Origin: Octopus bimaculoides
Taxonomy: Eukaryota
DNA length: 64,000 nt
Reading direction: 5' to 3'
NCBI RefSeq assembly: GCF_001194135.2
Contig: NC_068989.1
Coordinates: forward strand, 51,702,303 to 51,766,302
Positions 26,350 through 38,925 of the stretch are shown in pieces. The first letter of the stretch is position 1. The number at the start of each line of letters is the position of its first letter. Below the pieces are notes generated by a model. That model was not told the origin of the DNA, did not search any database, and worked only from the letters and a program-made list of their open reading frames with translations. A program made the translations under genes and the position numbers.

Positions 26350-26610
26350 GCTAAGACGTGGTTGCAAATCTTTGACAATACGAAGAGGAGTACAATTAAG
26401 GTCTGCTGTCATGAAGAAAAATACCCATGCTACAAGCAGCAAGATCTTTGAGGCAGTTGGCATCAACAATGTGCTGAAAAGCACCAGAAATGCTTATCTA
26501 AGAAAGCTTGATAGCGACAAAAAGAATGGAAATTTCACCAAAAAAGGTTGGTATTGGCAAATTTGGTCGAGTAATCAAACATGGCAATGGTGCTGTTCAA
26601 CAGAACGTTA
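26350..26610 (+). mobile_element. Tc1-like transposase N-terminal fragment
   Basis: LTIRRGVQLRSAVMKKNTHATSSKIFEAVGINNVLKSTRNAYLRKL, then a shifted HQKRLVLA...MVLF, resembles the Tc1-type HTH and linker. Confidence 0.5.
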
Positions 26611-27499
26611 CGTATCCATGTAAGCCGCGGGAGAAGATATCGGTGAGATGTTTGATAGCAACTTGGTATATCAGACACGCTTACATGATTTGCAGTTCTA
26701 CTCCGCAACAATATTGCTTTCGCCGAACTCCTTTCAAATCAGTATCCCCAGGTTGACGATAATAGAAAGTAGATATTCTGAAGACCTAGATCCGTGAAAT
26801 CACTAAGAGAAGAGAGGGAGAGGGAGAGAATAAATGAGAAAGAAAATGAGAGTGAGAAAATTAGTAATAAGGAGAAAGAATGAGTTAGGGATGGAGGGAA
26901 GGGAGGGAGGGAGAAAGACAGGAGAAACAGATTTAAGTTGCTGGAGAAGGTTATTCTTAAATTATATCAAACGTTAACACTACAGTTTTTAAATTTCGGT
27001 AGATTGAGATGATAGCGGCTAGGTTACAGGGATTAGAAATCTTGGGAGGTCGACATGCAGAAGCCTACGTTCTATAGCCCCGTGAAAAGTCTGTAATTAA
27101 AGACATTTGTGAAGTATAACAGCAAGTTCTGCAGCGCAAATTTTGAGTGTAAAAAATATACGTGAGATAGTTTCAAAACACTGGATATAAGGTTGTGAAT
27201 GATAGAAAGATTAATCGGACAGAAGAATATAGATGTGGAAGCGATTGTAGAGTAGAGATGGATGAAAAAAGGGTTTACTATTCACGGATTCATAATTGGT
27301 CAAAAATGGAGAAAAAACAACTCACAATGTTGCTGAGACCAAAATGATCACCTAGTGCACTGGTAATGAGTATGCATGAGGGTCATGTACTTCAGAAAAA
27401 TATTATTTGCAGAGGAAAGAATGATTTTACAAGAGATGAACTGCTAGGCGTTATTAGAATTTTGTTTCTGAGTAACAATATATATATATGCCTTGTAGG

Positions 27500-28200
27500 C
27501 TTTGTTCTGAACTCAAAAGGCTGCGGCTCAGCTGTAACTCATCCATGTAAGAGATTTTTTCAAGAAGAAAATATAGTAGGACAAAAAATAATATGATCCC
27601 GCTCTTGCACCTAGTTATTTTGGATGTGCCAGAACTGAAAGACATATGCTGCCAGAAATTGCTAGTAGGCAATAAATGGATCTTAGAACAGTTGGCTCTA
27701 CTAATCTATTTATTATTGACTAGCATTATCTGGACAAATTGTAATGCTTACGGACATTAGCTCATTCTACAGTGATGAATTCATTTCTTAGTTTATTCAA
27801 GGTTGATGTATGAGCTGTAAGGCCATATAATTCTTCTAGTTTTTCTGTATCATCTTAAATGTTTATATCTGGATGATATTGTCCGTGACATTTTTATTTA
27901 GGTCTTTCAGGAATCCAGAACTTAAATTCTCAATACACCTGACACTCCAAACATTGACCATGATATTAAAATCATCGTAGTACTTCGTAACTTCACAAAA
28001 GCCACTGCAGATTCATTTTCATGTGTCGAGTCCTTGTTGGTTTCCTTGAATTAATTCCATTGGACAAAACACTATATTAGACTTTGGCATATAATTGTCA
28101 GAGATACTTCGAATGATGGGATGTAATTTTCAGAGAAGTGGATCGCTTACCTGAGCATTGTGTTGCTGCATATACGAACCTGAGTAAATGTATCAGTTTC
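27500..28200 (-). mobile_element. Highly decayed PLE reverse-transcriptase remnant (tentative)
   Basis: Scattered minus-strand motifs IPSFEVSL (cf. VSFDVTSL), KYYDDF (cf. RYLDD) and QHMSFSSG (cf. QYL.FSSCHP) appear in the expected order; many stop codons. Confidence 0.3.
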
Positions 28201-29039
28201 GAATTTCTATACTAAATGTCCAGCTCGTAAAATTTTATATTTCGTAAAATATATGCAGATACTCATACACTTCATATATGCACACATATATAGGTGGGCA
28301 TATATATATTACATATATAAATGTATTTATTATATACATATATACACACATATACATGCATATATACCCCAATCATCTATATATATATATATGTATACCT
28401 CAATCATATATATATATATACCTCAATCATATATTTATATATATTTATTTGTGTAATTTAATGTGTGGGTGTTTTCTCAAATGTACGTGCGACTTACTAT
28501 ATATTTTTGTGTGTACTGTGTTATGTTTAGTTTTTTTCTCTCGGCGTATCAACAGTTGTTTATATTTTACCACTGTCAACAAAGTGAATTGTTGTTTTTA
28601 TCTTCCATTTCCATCAACGTTGTATATATTGCAACCATGCAAAGCTTTTAGGATTGGTTTTAAAGTTTGGAAAACTTCAATTCCCTAGTGACAATGTATT
28701 ACAAGAAATGATGAAAGCATTCAGCGGTCTAATGGAAATTGATTCGTTTCTTCAACAGTAGAGCAACATATTAAAAATAATAAGAATAGTACCAATGAAA
28801 TCAAACAATCACTGATTATGCATTCCCTACATATAGAGAGATATAGAAAAAATTAATAAGGTATGAATGAATAAATATAAAATGGAAATAATAAAAAAAC
28901 AAAACAATAGGAAAACAAGAGATGATACGTCAGAAATGTTTAGATAAATTAAATATATTTATGAAACACATGAGATTTTTCTACTTTTTCCTATTAATAA
29001 TAATAATAATAATTATTATTATTATTATTATTATAGTGG

Positions 29040-30403
29040 AGTTTGTACTCTAAACATGTGCTACGAGGTTTATGTGATAAGGAAAGCCTTTCAAAACAGA
29101 AGGCATATGGTTGCCAAGTGGTGAAATGATGAAGGCAGTTCAACCCAAATCCAGCCATAAATACAAGCGTATACTTGACGCAGATGGAATCAAACATATT
29201 GACAGGAAGGAAAAGACGAAAAGAGAGTACCTGCGGCGAGTGAGAAAAATATTGGCTTCAAAGCTAAATACCAGAAACATAATTTCGGCAATAGACTCGC
29301 GCTCTGTCTCAGTTGTTCGGTATAGCGCTGGAATCCTGAAGTGGATAGAGGAGAAACTAAAGGAGATAAACAGGAAGTCAAGGAAACTTCTCACGATACA
29401 TGGAGCCCATCATCTAAGTGCAGAGACTGATCAGCCTATACATGAAGGGAACAAATGGAGGAAGAGGACTGATAAGTGTAGAAGACTGCGTGCGTATCGA
29501 ACTCCAGAGGAAACCTTGCTAGTGTTAGTTAGGAACGAGGGAATATGGAAAGCAGAGAAAAAAAGGGAAAACCAAGGAAGAAGTGAAAAAGGACATGAAA
29601 AAGAATTACGCAAGAATGAAGTACACAATCAATTCCATTCAGCCACAACAGAAGTTGCTGAAAAAAATAAGTGGAATTGGCTGATGAAGGGAACACTAAA
29701 AATAAAAGAGATCGAGAACACTATACTGGCATCACAAGAACAAGCTTTGGCCACGAACAGAAGGGTCAACTTTAGAGATGAGCAAGTGTCTCCGCTGTGC
29801 TGCATGTGCAATAGAGTGGATGAAACCATTGACCATATCACGAACAAATGCCCTAGATTTGCCCCAAACCACTAAATGTTGTGGCGACACGATCAGTTAG
29901 CGAAATTGCTACATTGGAAACTGTGCGAAAAGCGGGAGCTAGAGAGAAGCAAGACATGGTATGAGTACAGACCGGAGAGAGTGGGTAGTCGGAGACTAGC
30001 AAATCCTCTGGGATTTCCCAATCTTGACAGGTCAGATACTAGTGCGTAACAGACTGGACCTGGTGGTGGTAGACGAGGTGCACCACATATGCTATATAGT
30101 TGATGTTGCATGCCCCGTTGAACCTCGAATAGTCATGAAGGAAAGTGAAAAGATAGATAAATACAGCCCTCTTAAAAACGAAATAACTCGGCTATGGAAA
30201 ATGAATGTGAGGATATAAAGGAAATTGGAATTGAGTGCTCAGTAGAACTTTTACAAATAGTTTGTCTCCTTGGCACGCAGAATAATCAGGCAAGTATTAA
30301 ATAGCTGAAAAGAATGGATAGCATGCTACCGTAGGCCGCTCCTTACGCATGTAAGACTCTGGGAACTCCAACAAAGCTTGTGATAAAGAGAAATAATAAT
30401 AAT
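29040..30403 (+). mobile_element. 5'-truncated R4/Dong-like non-LTR retrotransposon (RT thumb, CCHC knuckle, RLE)
   Basis: EYLRRVRKILASKLNTRNIISAI, CCMCNRVDETIDHITNKC, RHDQLAKLLHWKLC, ILWDFPI..NRLDLVVVD, VDVACP..KESEKIDKY..LKNEITRLW. The 3' end is AATAATAATAAT. Frameshifts and stop codons are present. Confidence 0.9.
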
Positions 30404-30959
30404 CAAAGGTATTTAAAACAGAAATACATCACACAAACGCAGTGTCCATAACATAGGTACTGAATTTGTGAAACACGAACACAGGCATGGTACATGCAAT
30501 GATTGAGAAGTACATAAAGGTACACAACAAACTCGAAACTCAAGAATGTATAATGGCGTCCTAGGTACACCTAAATAGAACTATACAAACAAAAATATTA
30601 ACTGGAAGCAATGCTGAGCAAACCTAAAATAATTGAAAACAATGAATTCGGAAACAATGTTTATCATACTTTGAAGCATAATCAAGTAATTAAAAGCCGC
30701 AGATGTGTTTTGTATGGACCGCCGAATGTACCTACCAAAATCTAGACTAAATTAGAGAGCAACAATAACAATAAAATATATTTGTTTGTCATATACTTAA
30801 TCACATCAGAAACAAATGACCAAGCTCTGACTAAGCTAAATACTATGATATATACGGCAACTTCTGTTCTGGGGTCAAGAAGGAAAGTGGATACTCACTC
30901 AAATTCATCCAGATAAGTAACTAGACACTTTGAAAAACCATAGTGCTGCCTTGTTGCAT

Positions 30960-31260
30960 TTTACTTTGTTCTTTCGAAACCCGTCTATGTCAATCATTCT
31001 CTGTGGTTCTGTTACCGAGCTGCAATCAACACGCACTCATTAGCATAATGACGATTATTTAACCGTATGCTCAGATCATACAAAGATGTAGAAAATATCG
31101 GTCCATGATCTCCGCATCACCGCCTCAGGGTACAGAATGAAACAAATATGTGAGGGAAGAAATTTACGTGCTACATTCCAGATGCTAAATTGTCTTTCAA
31201 ACTCACATTCCATTCTAAGAGTCACCTACACACCAGTACACATACACCGCAGTAAGCAGA
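30960..31260 (-). mobile_element. RTE-group LINE RT fragment, decayed
   Basis: Minus strand gives LYPEAVMRRS and HYANECVLIAA, matching LY.EA.MR.A and YADD..LIA of RT domains 4-5. Confidence 0.45.
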
Positions 31261-31470
31261 TCGTGGAGCCCTCAATAATCGTGTCTACAATCACCTTCCT
31301 CAATCAGAACACTGGACAGAGACTGATGTTTTTTTTATTATCCATATAATAGGTGAACATTATATTCAATGGCTTTTGTTATGTAATTTCAGTATTCAAA
31401 AGAAAAGTGAAACTCAATATGCTAAAAAGTTATCGGATAAAAATGGAAAAAATCACTCGATTTTATACAA

Positions 31471-31628
31471 TTCCTTTCCACAATAAACGCAAGGCCTGAA
31501 ATTTTGAGGAAGGGCTAAGCGATTTATTATGTTATCGAGGCTGAGAAAGTCAACCTTGTGGAATTTGAGTCCATAACATAAAGCTAAGTATTTGTCCTAT
31601 GCGCTAACGATTCTGCTAGGCTGCCAAA
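31471..31628 (-). mobile_element. tRNA-derived SINE, family A, internally deleted
   Basis: CAAGGCCTGAAATTTT...GGAATTTGAG...GCTAAGTATTT...GCTAACGATTCTGC is the reverse complement of family A. Confidence 0.75.
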
Positions 31629-33919
31629 TTTTTTTTCTTACATAATGAACGCCGTCATAAACATTTGTTCTTTGGTTGGTTGGCTTGTTAGTTTATGTAC
31701 TTCTAGTTTTTTATCGTTTAGTGAAAGGGATAGTGAGTGTAATACACAAGTGCAGATAGAATTAACAAGAAATCTTTGATAAGTATATGTAATTTTCAGA
31801 AAATATGTGTTTTTAAAGAAATTTGGTATATATAGGTTTTCGAAGGAGTAGCGTGCGATAAAGGTGATGAAATCTGGAAAAATAACATGTATTTATCACA
31901 AATATGCATATGACTTATTGGTTGCAGTCATCTTTATTTAAAGGTGATAAAAGGTGTTCTTTTCAAAATAAGTATTCGTTTTATCATTTTGTACAAGAAC
32001 CAGGGAGTTTGATAAATTGTAAGTTGTAAATACTTTATATACGTCTTTATCCTGATACTACGATGAGGAAAGCTACCCGTGATATGAGGCGTAACACACT
32101 GGTTAGAAATAAATGCAAACGTGTGGAATATAATACTTGATGCTTCTAGTGACTGCATTTTGAATTTCCCTTGTTGTATCGCATATAATCAAACAATTAG
32201 AACAACCTTCACCAGAATATAATGGGAAACCTTTACTGAATGGAAAAAATAATAATAGTCTAATAATGAAAGTATGTGGTAACATGTACACCCTAACATT
32301 GCGCACAATATTTTAACATTTATTTCAATTTATACGAGAAGACAATATATTCTGCGAAAGTTTAAAAACAGAGAAGTATGAAATCGTAATAGAAATTCTT
32401 ACAGTTTTGGCTACAAAGAAATTACAATATATATAAACTGAATTAATTTAATTTCTGTATAGTAAATGTGCAATATATTTTCCACGGTTATTTAATTCAC
32501 AGAGACATTAAGTGTTTGCACCGAATTCAAGAGGAGTAGCTTTTCTTTTTCAGAGACTTTATATCTACACACACGCGCGCGCACACGCACGCGCACAGAT
32601 ACATACACACGCACACACAAATGTATGTATGTATATATATCACTTTTATACAGTAAGAGAGAACAAGTTTCGTGGGCGACTGTCATTTTTCTTTCTCTCA
32701 TGCTTTTATGCATATATATATATACATACATGCAGACACACTGCACACACATACATACACCTGCATGTATACATGCACTAATATGTGTTTGTCTATGTGT
32801 GCACGTTCATGTGCATGTTTAATTGTGTGTGAGTGTATCGCAAGTACGTCATGGAATAGAAACTGAAACAGTTACGTAAGAAACGTATACGATGTGAAGA
32901 AATATAACTAATGGAAAGAAATGGTGGAGGATTTAATGTTGTGGCCTACCCCTCTTATCGCAAAGATATAGTGAATGGAAGATGGAAGAGAAAAGGAAAT
33001 GTCACAATACCTATTTACCGACATCCATTTACATTTCATGCATGATTTAAAAAAACGAACTTGGATAAAGTAATAGTGGTAGAATAGACGACACAATCGC
33101 GAGGAGAGTCAGAATAAACTACGAGAGCACCCAAGAGCGAGAACGGAAGAGAGATAATGCAATAGACAGTATCAGTAAGAAAGGAATAGGGAAAGCAAAT
33201 AGAGATATGATAAGAGAGAGACTGGGGGTGGAGAGCGTGTATTTTAAAGTCTATAAATGCAATGCCTTAAAATAAATAAGTTCAGAACAAGAATTCTTTA
33301 TTTGCTACATGATAATCGGTGATGCAGAATCGTAGATTTTAGTACCAAGCTGTTCATTTTGAAGGAAATTATGCGACATACAAATAGTTCTGTTAGGTAG
33401 AAGAAATGTTGTGGTAGTTTGTGTATGAAATACTAAATAAATTGTCATTTTCAATATTAAAACATGAAGTACAACAAAATCCATTTTGAATCTTCAATAT
33501 ATTTCTCTATGACTCTCTTACCTCATTACTTTCGTATTTTTGCCGCTGATGGCCCGGTTCTTTAAATGTGTGTCAATAATAATGAACATATTTATATTTG
33601 ATGATTTTCTAGTCATGAAAATATACTAGAATTTCATTTCCAAAGGTTTTTATCAAATGAGTATACATATACTTAAGTATCGGTTGCATGATAGTTTGTC
33701 AACCGTGTGCTTAGATTCTCTTTCACAGGATTGATCGTGCCCTGAATATGGCAGTACAAGCATTGCGTTGTATAGATAATATTTAATGAAAAAACTTATC
33801 TTTATTATATCGAATGCGAAATTTCGTACAATTATATTTAATGCAATTCGAAATATTTTCACATCAGTAATAATCATTTATCTATGCAGTATTGATAACT
33901 ATATTCCAACGAGGTTGTT

Positions 33920-34525
33920 ACGTTGGGAACAAGGACAGGTGAAGTCCCTCCTGAACCTAATCACCACTTTGTACATGGAACAAATAGTACTCCAACCAAC
34001 TAGAGCAGGTAATATACTTGATCTCTGCTTCACAATTAATATGGATCTCATCCATAATGTGAAAGTGACGCCGACGCCACTCTCGGATCACAACATAGTA
34101 GAGCTGACCATTTACGGACCAAAGGAAACCATGGACATGCAGCCTACGAGAAGTTTTCAAAATCTTTCCCGTTTGAACTTCCATAAGATAAACTAGAAAC
34201 AAATTGAGAAAGAGATCCTCAAAGAAAACTTGCCTAAATGTCTCTCTGCACCGGACATCGACATGAAACTTCAACAATTCGTGTCTATAATGCAAGCCAT
34301 ATGCTAGAAATGTGTCCCGGAAAGAAAGGCCAGCGTACACAAGAACAAAATCCACAGGGAGAGGAAAATTTTTACGAGACGGCGTACATAAAGTTTCAAA
34401 TCGCCTAAACAAACAAATCAAAAGTAGTGAAAAATAACGCCTAAAAATACAACTGCTGGAGACTGAAAAATCTGCAACTCTCCCATAAAAAAGAAAGAGC
34501 AAAGAAACCTGTGCTCTAGGCAATA
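33920..34525 (+). mobile_element. CR1/L2-group LINE ORF2 fragment (AP-endonuclease C-terminus and linker)
   Basis: EQIVLQPTRAGNILDLCFT...PLSDHNIVELT...LNFHKIN matches the APE motifs PTR.GNILDL.FTN and SDH; stop codons follow downstream. Confidence 0.85.
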
Positions 34526-34874
34526 TAAAATCTAACTATAAATATAATTTGAAAAATTAGAAAGCTCTACCTACCACTGAGTTACTTGATATTGTTTTAG
34601 CCTTATCATTTAAGGTCTAAGGAGGATAGCACTTTTACTTTTTTACTTTTTACTTTTTTTATTTTTGGTATTTTAGTTTCTGTTTTTCGTTTTCCGTTCT
34701 TTACGACCTGCGTTTTCTATATGGTGCCTTCTCAGTTTTTTCGCGTTTCTGCTGTTATTCAATTTCTTTAGATCGTTATGAAATGTGGTTTGCGCGTGAG
34801 CAATATGTTTGAGTTCTCTCAACATGTGAACTTATTAGTAGCGCTTTGATACATGTATTGTGACCTCTAAATAG

Positions 34875-34934
<60 letters not shown>

Positions 34935-35059
34935 TATATACATACATACATATTTGTATTTGATGTGTTGTGAAGTTAGGGAAAGAAATCCCATAAAGCA
35001 CAATTTAGCTAAAAATGGAGAGAAGTTTTTTTTTATATTTTATTTCTTTTTCATTTTTC

Positions 35060-35795
35060 CGTATTCCAACATCCATTATCTTTTTTCAACTTCACTTTTT
35101 TCATCTTTATAGACACACAAGAATGTACTATCTAAATTGTAATATTAAAAACTATTTTTCGGTTTTTACTGATTTTTCTAACATGTTTTTTTTTAATATA
35201 CACCACACTAAGTATTGTTTTCAACTATCAGGTCATATATTAATTCAAATATAACCATGCAGTTCTGTGGGACATAACTATACAATGTTTGTTCTATGCG
35301 ACTTATTTGGAATGGGAACGTCTCTGAAACCGCTTTGACTTATATTTTCAAATAACCGTTATAGCCTTTAGTTAATACCTAACTGGACTCACAGATTCTA
35401 TTCTGCTCTTTTCTTTCTTAAGATCTTTCTAAAAATTTTGTTTATACTTCTTGTACTGAAGAGGGCATTGATATATGATTACTTCAATTAATTTAATTTA
35501 ATTCAATTCAACCGCGAATTTTCATGACTTTATATCTCTGTACGAAACGATCGGATTAAAATTTAAATTCTCTTATATATTTTAATATCTCTTCTCAATT
35601 TTTAACTATATTGTTGAGTTTTATGGAATTTCCTTCCATAATTTCACAACACATCATATACAAGTATTATTTATATATTCCCAAATGTACGCCTGTAAAC
35701 AACCTGCGAAATATGAAAACTCAATATTAGAAATCATTTTTCGAAAATTCCAAATTAAAGGACGAATCTGAATTCAACCTTTCTACACCTATATT
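35060..35795 (+). repeat. Diverged direct repeat, copy 1 (putative PLE pseudo-LTR)
   Basis: Shares exact blocks with 38040-38925: AATATACACCACACTAAGTATTGTTTTCAAC, GGGAACGTCTCTGAAACC, TGTACTGAAGAG, TGTACGAAACGATCGG and AACACATCATATACAAGT. Confidence 0.85.
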
Positions 35796-35861
35796 GCAAA
35801 TACTATTATTAATAACCTTTTATTAAAAATAAATTTTGATATCTAATAAAATAAAAATAAA

Positions 35862-36055
35862 ATGGAGAAGATTGAAATTGAAACATCTCTTAAGGACGAA
35901 CCTTTGCCTACGTACATAAAAGATAAAATAGCTAAATTCCATGATCTCACCAGAGGAATGAAAGCTCTATTCTTTGACAAAGAAAATAGTACAGATAGAA
36001 AATTAGACAATAAAACAAACGAAGAACTCATAAAAATTAGAAGCAACTTTAAATC

Positions 36056-36094
<39 letters not shown>

Positions 36095-37835
36095 ACTTCG
36101 AAAATTGAAAGGTATAATCGTACAGTCCGACAAAACCAGAAATCTGTACAACGTAGATATAGATCTAAACCATAATCTCTTGCACAAATAAATTGCAAAG
36201 AAATATAAGATTATTAAAAAGATGTTCTAAAATCTATTAATATTAAAACCAAAGAAATAATGAGTGAATAACGAATTGAAGATGTAACTGAAGTTTATGA
36301 ACCATCTCAACCTAGAATTAGCTTAAAAGACCACAAACCTAACTTTCATACTGATCCAAAAGTAAGTCTCATCTGCCCTTGCAATTCTGACGTCGGACAA
36401 CTTTGCAAAATTATCATAGACAAATACCTAAAATGATTGAAATCCAAAATAAAATTCCATCTGTGGGCAAAAACACCCGATGCAATTACCTGGTTCACTA
36501 ATCTAAAATATCAGAAAAAATGTAAATTGATTCAACTGGACATAGACAACTATTACCAATCCGTTAACCCCATCTAACTAAATAAAGCACTTATCTCCGC
36601 CAAGAATAGGACTAAATTATCAATGAAAGAAATAAAAATTATATTTGAACATGGAAGGTTTCATAAATGTAAATATTGGACCCGGAAAGATACACCAGAC
36701 TGTTTCGATGTATGCATGGGAACGCAAGACTACGCAGAGGTAACCGATTTCGTCGGAATTTACCTAATACCGCAACTTAAAGAAGAATTCCCTGAATTAG
36801 AAGGTGGTCTTTACCGAAACGACGCTCCATAGTTAGAAATACCTCCAACTGAAAACTTGAACTCTTCAAAAAAAGACTCCATATTTTTTTTTAAAACAAA
36901 GGAATACCCATTACCATTGAAAAAGATAACTCTGTGAACTTCCTAGACTTCCACCCACCAGCCTTACCGTAAAGCTAACACCAATATCACATACAAAAAC
37001 GCACAAAGTAACCATCCATATAACATTATATAAAGCCTGATCACTAACATAGAGAGAAGAATTAATCTATTATCATCTAATGAAGAAATAGTTAACAGTT
37101 ATAAAGACTACGGTAACCTAGCACTTAAAAAGGCAGGATATAAATATGAAATTAAGTATAATAAAAATGACAGCATCAATACTAATAATGCCAAACTTTC
37201 TCTTGAAGTGAATAACGCAGATAATATTAGTGAACCTAACTCACCTGATGAATTAGTACAAACCAATAAACGTATTGGTACAATTAGTACAACCCAATAA
37301 ACTCTCAATAATAGTCATCAACATAACTTTAGCAAAAAACTCGAAAATCACAACCACAATAAACTACTAATAAACTTAATCAATACGATCAACATAACCA
37401 TAACTTTACTAAAGGAAAACATAATATAGAATTTAGCAATTCCCACCTTACTAACCAAAATAATATTAATATCAATAGATCCAAGAATACTGACAACAAA
37501 CATCAAAACGGTTTAAGGATAAAAATAGGTATATTAAACCAATAAAAAGAAAAAATGAAAATAATCTAAGCTCACCTAATTTCTTCAATAATACACACAA
37601 CCATAGAACTCAAATTAATATAGATAGGAAAAAAGAAACACATATTTTGTGTGAGAATAGCTGAACCCCCAAGCACTACACATCATTCCAATAAGGAAAA
37701 GAGCAATAACACTACTTGGATCATAATCCCTTTTGCCAAACATATAAAGTCTAACTTATTAGATCCATTAGAATGTTAGTAAATAAAAACTCCAAAAACT
37801 CTAAATATGCTAAAATATTTAATAATAAAAAAATT
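35862..37835 (+). pseudogene. Penelope-like (Naiad-like) RT ORF, decayed and truncated before GIY-YIG
   Basis: MEKIEIETSLKDEPLP, QSDKTRNLY, SLKDHKPNF, IQLDIDNYY, FDVCMGTQDYAEVTDFVG, GLYRND (cf. MGSYDGAE..ELVG and GLYRDDG), NIERRINLLSSNEEI, WIIIPFAKHIKSNL. Clade assignment comes from recalled motifs. Confidence 0.8.
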
Positions 37836-37838
37836 ACT

Positions 37839-38037
37839 GTTCTATATTTAAGAGATGAGGAATTATGTACATTATTTACATTTGACGGATATTTGTCCTC
37901 GTCTTGTTTGTTGTTAACAGAACATTTAAGCTGATATATCCTCCAAACTTCATCAGGTGCCTTGGGGAAATTTCGAGACTGGGTTCTCATTCCTAAAGTA
38001 ATTTTCGATGTTATTATTATTATGGGCATATGGCGTA
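37839..38037 (-). mobile_element. Partial copy of the tRNA/(AAT)n/hammerhead element, core mutated
   Basis: Homologous to 59295-59470 (GACGGATATTT.TCCTC.TCTTGTTTGTTG, TTCATCAGGTG.CTTG, GTTCTCATTCCTAA). On the minus strand GAAAC has become TAAAT. Confidence 0.85.
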
Positions 38038-38039
38038 AT

Positions 38040-38925
38040 AACATCCATTATTTTATCAGCCTCACTTTTTTCCATATTTAAAGCCTCAGCATGTATTTAT
38101 AATCTAAATTGTAACATTAACAACTATTTTTTCGATTTTTACTTATTTTTCAACCTTATATTCAATATACACAAACGAATGTTAGTTCTTATGCAAACAT
38201 AAGTGTATCTTACGCATCTTATTCTCTTTTAAAACTTTTTACCTCTCTAACACTTGTTTACGTTAACTATCTAATAGATGTTTGTACACTACCTCCTCTA
38301 TATTAACTTCATTCTCATGTAATATTTTTTTTAAATATACACCACACTAAGTATTGTTTTCAACCGTCAGGTCATAACTTAATTCAAATATATGTATGCC
38401 TTTCTATTGGACATTTCTAAACAATTTTTGTCCTACGCGACTTATTTGGAGTTAAAATTTCTAAACACCTTTCTCTTCTATAGAGGGAACGTCTCTGAAA
38501 CCTCCTTTACTTGTATTTTCAAATAACTGTTATAGCCTTTGGTTGTAGTTAATACCCAACTGGACTCGCATCTCTTTTCCGCATAGGTATGAATATGAAT
38601 ATCCTTTATTCTATTCTGTTATTTCCTTTCTGAAGTTCTCGGTAAAAATTTTGTTTATACTGTTTGTACTGAAGAGTAGATTGATATATAATTACACTAA
38701 TTAATTAAATTTAATTTAGCCATGAATTTGCATGCCTTTTATGTCTGTACGAAACGATCGGCTACATGAATTAAAATTCTCTTAAATTGTTGCGTTTTAT
38801 GTGATTTCTCCTCATAAATCCAAAACACATCATATACAAGTTGATTTACCATCACAATGGGAAGAATATTAGAATTTTTTATTGAAAACCTCCAAACTAA
38901 ATTCAATTTTTTTTCACCTGTATAT
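38040..38925 (+). repeat. Diverged direct repeat, copy 2 (putative PLE pseudo-LTR), runs into a gap
   Basis: Same shared blocks as 35060-35795, with insertions. Confidence 0.85.

Noticed and set aside
34795-34845. Minus-strand CTAATAA-GTTC...GAAC-TCAAAC resembling a ruined hammerhead
   Set aside because: Both core halves need several substitutions, so it cannot be supported without a family consensus.
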